A stretch of 41,376 nt of DNA from Hyphochytrium catenoides (lineage: Eukaryota; Protista; Hyphochytriomycota). Shown here piece by piece: positions 35,270-41,376 of this stretch. Under the pieces are notes generated by a model, which saw only the letters and a program-made list of their open reading frames with translations, ran no database searches and had not been told where the DNA came from. The translations under genes were made by a program, and so were the position numbers. How positions within the stretch are numbered: the first letter of the stretch is position 1; every line of letters starts with the position of its first letter. Where the stretch lies: positions 1-41,376 of the forward strand of contig FLMG01001810.1 in NCBI GenBank assembly GCA_900088475.1, read 5' to 3'.

Positions 35270-36228
35270 AGGATGCCAATGTTAGTAGCAAGGACCAACA
35301 AAGACTTGAGAAGGAAGACGACTCCTTGCATAGGTTGGTCTTCTTTCCCGCGATGGTACTGACAGGAGGCAAATAGGACCAATGAGGATCTGGAGCCTCG
35401 AAATAGAATGGCACTTGTGAATCAGGGCATGCACCTGTTGACATTGCCACCAAAGCTATATCCCTCAAACAGCAAATGGTAGAATAGAAAGAGCAGCTGG
35501 CAAACTCTAGAGGATCCACCCAGCCTGCCCTCAATATGTAGAAATATCCAGCGACAGGAGTTACGTTGGTAACGTGGTGAGATGAACGATTAGAGTTCGC
35601 AGAGCTTTGGTGCCTAATTTTTCCCCAAGTGAGGATGAGTCCCACTTTGATCAGCAGCCTCGCGACATTAGCTTCTTGTCGTGCCTACCACCGAAAGGCA
35701 CAGCGCAGACTCAGGGCCCTTGTAATACACTCTCCCACGCATCAAAGACCTAACAAGTAGAAAGAGTCGACGAGGATGCCAATGGTAGTAGCAAGGACCA
35801 ACAAAGACTTGAGAATAAAGATTCCTTGCATAGGTTGGTCTTCTTTCACGTGATGGTACTGACAGGAGGCAAAATAGGACCAATGAGGATATGGAGCTTC
35901 GAAATAGAATGGCACTTGTGGGTCAGGGCATGCACCTGTTGACATTGCCACCAAAGCTATATCCTTCAAACAGCAAATAGAGAGAGCAGCTGGCATACTC
36001 TGGAGGATCGACCCAGCCTGCTCTCAATATGTAGAAATATCCAGCGACAGGAGGTACGTTGGTAACGTGAGGTGAACAATTAGAGTTCGCAGAGCCTTGG
36101 TGTCTAACCTTTCCCCAAGTGAGGATGAGTCCCACTAGATCAGCAGTCTTGCGACATTAGCCTCCGCGTCGTGCCTACCACCGAAGGCACAGCGCAGACT
36201 CAGGAGCCTTGTAATACACTCTCCCACG
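35270..36228. repeat. Tandem duplication of a ~470-bp unit (35270-35739 and 35773-36228)
   Basis: Both copies run from aggatgccaatg..tagcaaggaccaacaaagacttgag to ccttgtaatacactctcccacg. Roughly 90% similar by eye, with small indels and a 33-bp spacer. Confidence 0.95.
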
Positions 36229-36403
36229 TCTGCCAGAAGGCATCACATGTCCTGCTCATTTTGCTAATCGGCCACCAGCCTTCGTTTGGCAATGACGCGT
36301 CCATTAATACTTTTGCTCAATCTCCCTGACACAATCGCGGCTTTGATTCAGGTTAAATACAGCCCGAGAGAAGTGTCCCTTGACAGGCCGGGATCAAACA
36401 AGT

Positions 36404-37534
36404 ATGAGTCCATCACCAGCGTGCAGATGTTGGAGATGGCTGCACCAGCTAACTCTCTTAGCTTTACTAACTGCCTTCATGATAGGACTTCTAGCTGGTG
36501 CCACAAATGCGGAGGCACCTACAGAGGCTCCAACTGAAGCACCTACTGCAGCACCAACTCCTGCACCAACTGCACCACCTACGGAGGCACCGACAGCAGC
36601 ACCTACAGCGGCCCCTACTGCGGCTCCAACTGCACCACCTACGGAGGCACCGACAGCAGCACCTACTGCGGCCCCTACTGCGGCTCCTACTGCAGCACCA
36701 ACAGCGGCACCAACTGCAGCACCAACTGCAGCACCAACAGCAGCACCTACTCCAGCACCAACAGCAGCACCTACTCCAGCACCAACAGCAGCACCTACTC
36801 CAGCACCAACAGCAGCACCAACTGCAGCACCAACAGCGGTACCAACTGCAGCACCAACTGAGGCACCTACTCCAGCACCAACAGCAGCACCTACTCCAAC
36901 ACCAACAGCAGCACCTACTCCAGCACCAACAGCAGCACCTACTGCAGCACCAACAGAAGCACCAACAGTAGCACCAACAGAAGCACCAACAGTAGGACCA
37001 ACAGAAGCACCAACTGCAGCCCCTACTCCGGCACCGACAGCAGCCCCTACTCCGGCACCGACAGCAGCCCCTACTCCGGCACCGACAGCAGCCCCTACTG
37101 CGGCCCCTACTGCGGCTCCTATCGCAGCCCCAACAGCGGCACCTACTGCAGCCCCTACTGCAGCACCAACAGCGGCACCAACAGCAGCACCCACTGCAGC
37201 ACCTACTGCAGCACCAACAGCGGCACCAACAGCGGCACCAACAGCAGCACCTACTGCAGCACCTACTGCAGCCCCAACTGAAGCTCCAACTGAGGCACCT
37301 ACCGCGGCACCTACTGCAGCACCAACTGCGGCACCTACTGCAGCATCTACCGCATCTGCTACCCCAGCGCCAACACCTGCACCAAGTAATGAGACTACGA
37401 CCTCGGCACCAACACCAGACGTCGTTCTTGGAGGAACGAATTCAGGATCCGGAACTAGTTCGACTTTGATGAGCGGAGTGACAACTTTTGTGGCTATTAT
37501 TGTGGGAGCCCTAGGTATTCTTCTCGTTTCCTAA
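36404..37534 (+). CDS. Mucin-like surface glycoprotein with PTAA/PTPA/PTEA tetrapeptide repeats; signal peptide and probable GPI-anchor signal
   Basis: Intronless. ATG at 36404, hydrophobic leader LTLLALLTAFMIGLLAGATNA, ~70 PTxA units, an NET sequon, then a small-residue stretch (NSGSG) and a hydrophobic C-terminus with no cytoplasmic tail. Confidence 0.9.
   Translation: MSPSPACRCWRWLHQLTLLALLTAFMIGLLAGATNAEAPTEAPTEAPTAAPTPAPTAPPTEAPTAAPTAAPTAAPTAPPTEAPTAAPTAAPTAAPTAAPTAAPTAAPTAAPTAAPTPAPTAAPTPAPTAAPTPAPTAAPTAAPTAVPTAAPTEAPTPAPTAAPTPTPTAAPTPAPTAAPTAAPTEAPTVAPTEAPTVGPTEAPTAAPTPAPTAAPTPAPTAAPTPAPTAAPTAAPTAAPIAAPTAAPTAAPTAAPTAAPTAAPTAAPTAAPTAAPTAAPTAAPTAAPTAAPTEAPTEAPTAAPTAAPTAAPTAASTASATPAPTPAPSNETTTSAPTPDVVLGGTNSGSGTSSTLMSGVTTFVAIIVGALGILLVS
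36503..37385 (+). repeat. 12-bp coding minisatellite with higher-order 24-bp and 60-bp duplications
   Basis: ccNacNgcNgcN units; near-identical 60-mers at 36571 and 36631; 24-bp PTPAPTAA blocks near 36745 and 37020. Confidence 0.95.
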
Positions 37535-39084
37535 GTGCCTGGCTGTACTTAGACGTAATGGACGCGGATGGCTATCTGAAAGGCATAGAGATAAGCATCG
37601 ACTAATGTAAGACTCTCCGCTGAAGGAGGTCCCTTTCTGTCATGCATAACTTAAGAGTGCGGTTTAGCCCGAGGTAATGGGGCTTCACCGGATCCATTGT
37701 CGTGCATATTCTATTCCTTGGTAGTCACTATGTGGCCAACAACAGACTCTCTAGTTTCCTTACAAAGGAGCTAAGCAAGGTACTCGAGCCATCAGACCAA
37801 GTTAAGGGTAGTGTTAGGAAGGACAGAACAGCTATTATGTTACTTTCTAGATCTATATAAGTGCTGCCGACAATGTGTCACCACGGTTTTGGTTGGTGCT
37901 GCTCTATGCTTTCCATTTGGCAGAGAAGAAGCGTTCTTTCTCAGAACCATACCAGCGCCATGCTCCTCATTCTTGGTTGCAACTGGCTAATGGAGGACTT
38001 TGGAGACGGTAGGGAGAAGGTTACTTCCGAACGGCTTAGATCACGGACGCCTTCTATCTGATTTCGTCTGCCGAGGATAAGCAGCTTTTTCTCCGTCATT
38101 ATAATGACAAAGCATCAAGATCACATCGATGAGATGCCTCGCGGAGCACTGCCTTCTACTCTTCAAATGTCAAGCTGAGAGACAATAGCAAGCTTGTCGT
38201 ACCTCTAAAGCTAAACTTTCAGCTCTTCACTCATTGGGAGTGTGGTGTGTGTGGTGTGAAAGAGAGAGCTCCTCGACCCGAACCCTGGATAATGCAGGCA
38301 AAGCCAACAACAACAGGTACTTTAACTCTAAGAGAACGCGAGCACAGCAGAAGACGCAGGTGAACAGGATGACTGACGATAGGAGTAGAGGAAGAAAAAG
38401 AGCAGAACCAAAGCCAATTGAACGCGGATGAGATGATGGGACAAAAAACAATCCTGTGGTCCTGCTGATTCTTTGTAAGACCATCCTCATCGTCAAGGAA
38501 GAGGTCCCATCTTAAAAGAGAGAGGGGGCCAGAGCGTGCCCATCATCGCCAGTTATCCAATAAATCTACTCGGTCGTTTCCTCCGATCATATCATGGTAC
38601 GGAGGGCAGTGGTTTCAAGAGCCAGAGGAGAAGAATTGCCTCTTTTTTCCTGCAGACTGCCATGGTTCTATTAGAACAGCACCACCACGACAGCCTCTTC
38701 TCATTCTTCTCCTTGGGGCCTGTACACCATGATCCCAGCAGAGGAGGAGGATGGGGTGGTTGTCGAACTGGAATCATGGCAGCAACAAGAGGATGATGAT
38801 GGGTACTTCCTCCCATCGGAAGTAGAGCTACTCAGTTATTGTCTTTGTCGTTATCATAATGATGGTCTATGATGAAGGTTATTAGTGGAAGGAGACCCGA
38901 CTGCCATCCTCATATTCTTCACTATACTTCCCCAGAGACAACTGGTTCTTCTCTTGTTGTCACAAGCTCTCATAGAGCTGGTGCATGAAGACATCACTGA
39001 TCAAGGAAGGACGCCAGGGCAGGGAGGAGTGTGATTAAGAGCCATTCTTACCTTCTTAACTCTCATTAGTCCATGCTCTCCATA

Positions 39085-39280
39085 CAAACGACCTCTGATT
39101 GGACTCTCTCTCTTCTGTCATCCCTCTCTAACTCCTCCTGCTCTCGCTGATCTCTCTCCTCCTCCTCCCTCGTCTCCCTCTCATTCTCTCTGGCACTATT
39201 TTCTTCCCTCTCTCTCTTCCATCCTTGATTTTCTTTCGTTTTTGACTGTCTCATGTTTTAGATTTTTTTTCTTTGTATCT
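39085..39280. repeat. CT-rich low-complexity tract
   Basis: Polypyrimidine tract with ctct and ctcctc runs. Confidence 0.75.
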
Positions 39281-40860
39281 CTTCTACAGTTTGCATCTTC
39301 TAACCTTTCCTCCGTCGCGCTAGGAGTCGTTGTCCTTCTTGTCAAGTAACACCAACGATCAGCTTCCCATCTCTCTCCTCTTCACCATCTCAGGTCACCA
39401 CCACCACCTTTCAAAGCCACGTTAAGACAGTCTCCGTCCCCAGTAGCACCTTCGCTCGATCAACACGGACTGACTTCCTCTATGTAATTGCTGAGCCTCA
39501 CCGCCATTATCACCGTTAAGTCTGCTGGTCAACGAGGAAGATCGTTCATTGACCAACTTCGCCACCCTACCCGGCGAAGGTTTAGCTCATTGTTCCAGTC
39601 ACGTTGGAGGATAGATCAACGCAGAGGACTATCTTTTGGTCACTTGAGTGTAACTCCCCAGCGAGCGGTTATGGTCTCTTTGCCTGAAGTGCGAACGGTT
39701 ACTGCGGCGGCGCCACTGGATATCTTGGTCGGGTCTTGGTCGCCCAGGATCGGGATGACAGTCAAACAGAGGAGTAGAGGAGCAGCACATGTCCGAGTAG
39801 CTGTAGAAGGCGACATCGACCGCCTTACTATTACCAAGGCCTCAGGCGGCATGAGAGGCTGGGTACCCGATCTCCCTCACTGTGCTGCCTAACCTATGAG
39901 GCGGTTAGGTACGGTCAACAATGACCAGAGAACAGTAGCTTCGTGCCTCCCCTCGGTGGTCCAAATGCCAAGTGCGCCGGTGTGGGTCGTTCTTTCAGGC
40001 TACTAAACGACCTCCAATGGGTTTTCAGTAGCGACTCCACGGGAGAGCGATGAGGTGCATGGACGACCTACTCTCTCTCGCGCTTTAGGATGGACTATCT
40101 AGGTGTTGTGGTGCCTATAGCCCTATGCTTTGTTCGCTCCTGAGAGTGTAGCGAGTGCGAGACCTGGCCTCTTCCTGTTCAGAGGCCTGCCTCGTGGGGT
40201 TCTTCCTTGTCCTTACTTGATTTACTTTTCACCATCCTCCTGTCAAGAGATAGGCAGCATGGGCTTTGATGCCCTGTCTCCATCTTCTCTGTCTGGCCCT
40301 ATAACGTTATCTAATAAACCTTGCGGCCTGTCTGGCTTCTCTCCTGCCTCGCTTACATCCTGTCCGCCCGTTATATAACTACTGTCCAGCAACCTTTCAG
40401 TTGCTGCCATTGAACTCACGAGAGGAAGTAGATGGGTATCACATAGAAAGCTCGCTTAGGGTCAGTAATAGAGCACAAGTTGACACAGCGTCCTGATGGG
40501 CCCTACTCTGCTCAGCCTCGGTCGTTCTGGCTTCTTCTCTACCTTGGTATCGTGAAGGATAGCCCGGTAGCCGTGGAAGAAGCGGAGAACCATGGCCTAG
40601 GCTAGCCACAGATCAATATGGCGAAGCTGAGGTGTCTCTGACGGCGGCGGCGGCATTCTCGAAGCGGTCATTGGCGGCGACAGGTCCAATATTTCCTGGG
40701 TGGACCAAGAAGTACGCCTCACTTTCTCTTGTGGGTGGAGCGCACAGAGATCATCTAAGTGAAGTTAAGGCCCAACAAAAAGAGTTTTTACTTTGCTGTA
40801 AGAGCTAGCTGGCGCATTGCGAATTATCAAGTCAGGGGAGTCGCGAGTAACACTCCCACC

Positions 40861-41376
40861 ATGAGCCGAACAACACCCATTCGCCACCGACGATGGCTGC
40901 GCTTGCTGGCAGTAGTGGCATTGCTAATCGTCGTGTTCGGCATCAGCCTTGCAACGGCGCAGGGGCCGACAGAAGCTCCAACTGAGGCACCAACCGAGGC
41001 CCCAACAGAAGCCCCAACTGAGGCTCCTACTGCGGCTCCTACTGCGGCCCCAACTGAGGCTCCCACTGCAGCGCCAACTGAGGCTCCTACTGAAGCTCCT
41101 ACGGAGGCTCCAACCGAAGCCCCAACTGAGGCACCTACCGCGGCCCCTACTGCAGCGCCAACTGAGGCCCCTACGGAAGCTCCAACTGAGGCACCGACCG
41201 AGGCACCTACTGCAGCGCCAACTGACGCCCCAACTGAGGCACCTACCGCGGCACCTACTGAAGCCCCAACTGAGGCTCCCACTGCAGCCCCAACTGAGGC
41301 ACCTACCGCGGCACCCACCGAAGCCCCAACTGAGGCACCTACTGCCGCACCTACTGCAGCGCCAACTGAAGCTCCA
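40861..41376 (+). CDS. Second mucin-like surface protein (PTEA/PTAA repeats), 3'-truncated by the window end
   Basis: ATG 40861: MSRTTPIRHRRWLRLLAVVALLIVVFGISLATAQGPTEAPTEAP..., open to the end of the window. It is absent from the ORF track because there is no stop. Confidence 0.9.
   Translation, partial: MSRTTPIRHRRWLRLLAVVALLIVVFGISLATAQGPTEAPTEAPTEAPTEAPTEAPTAAPTAAPTEAPTAAPTEAPTEAPTEAPTEAPTEAPTAAPTAAPTEAPTEAPTEAPTEAPTAAPTDAPTEAPTAAPTEAPTEAPTAAPTEAPTAAPTEAPTEAPTAAPTAAPTEAP

Noticed and set aside
36394-37194. 266-aa GAAV-repeat antisense ORF and the Q/H-rich +frame ORF 36498-36971
   Set aside because: Shadow frames of the 12-bp mucin minisatellite; only the PTxA frame has a signal peptide and anchor.
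40827-41318. 163-aa GASV-repeat ORF on the minus strand
   Set aside because: Antisense shadow of the second mucin gene.

Overview
Eukaryotic chromosome end (probably a protist; stramenopile-like gene content is inference). It starts with a (CCCTAA)n telomere and ~4.7 kb of gene-free, pyrimidine-rich subtelomere containing a degenerate ~250-bp tandem array. A dense block of intron-rich genes follows (canonical GT-AG introns, often with CTRAC branch points; standard code). The genes, spliced by hand, are: a ~29-exon formin with an unusual DysF / Pro-rich / 3x WASHC3-like motif / FH2 / 2x PAH-like architecture; a protein with a C-terminal domain resembling plant ASCH-associated and bacterial toxin RNase domains; a GRIP golgin; a monoglyceride lipase-type alpha/beta hydrolase; an Nhp10/INO80E-like HMG-box protein; and a large disordered orphan. 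From ~30 kb the region is gene-poor, with an 18-N gap, a ~470-bp tandem duplication and two paralogous PT(A/E/P)A-repeat mucin-like surface protein genes, the second cut off by the window edge. No tRNA, rRNA, CRISPR array or intact transposon was seen. Exon boundaries are manual predictions and domain calls come from motif recognition, not database searches.
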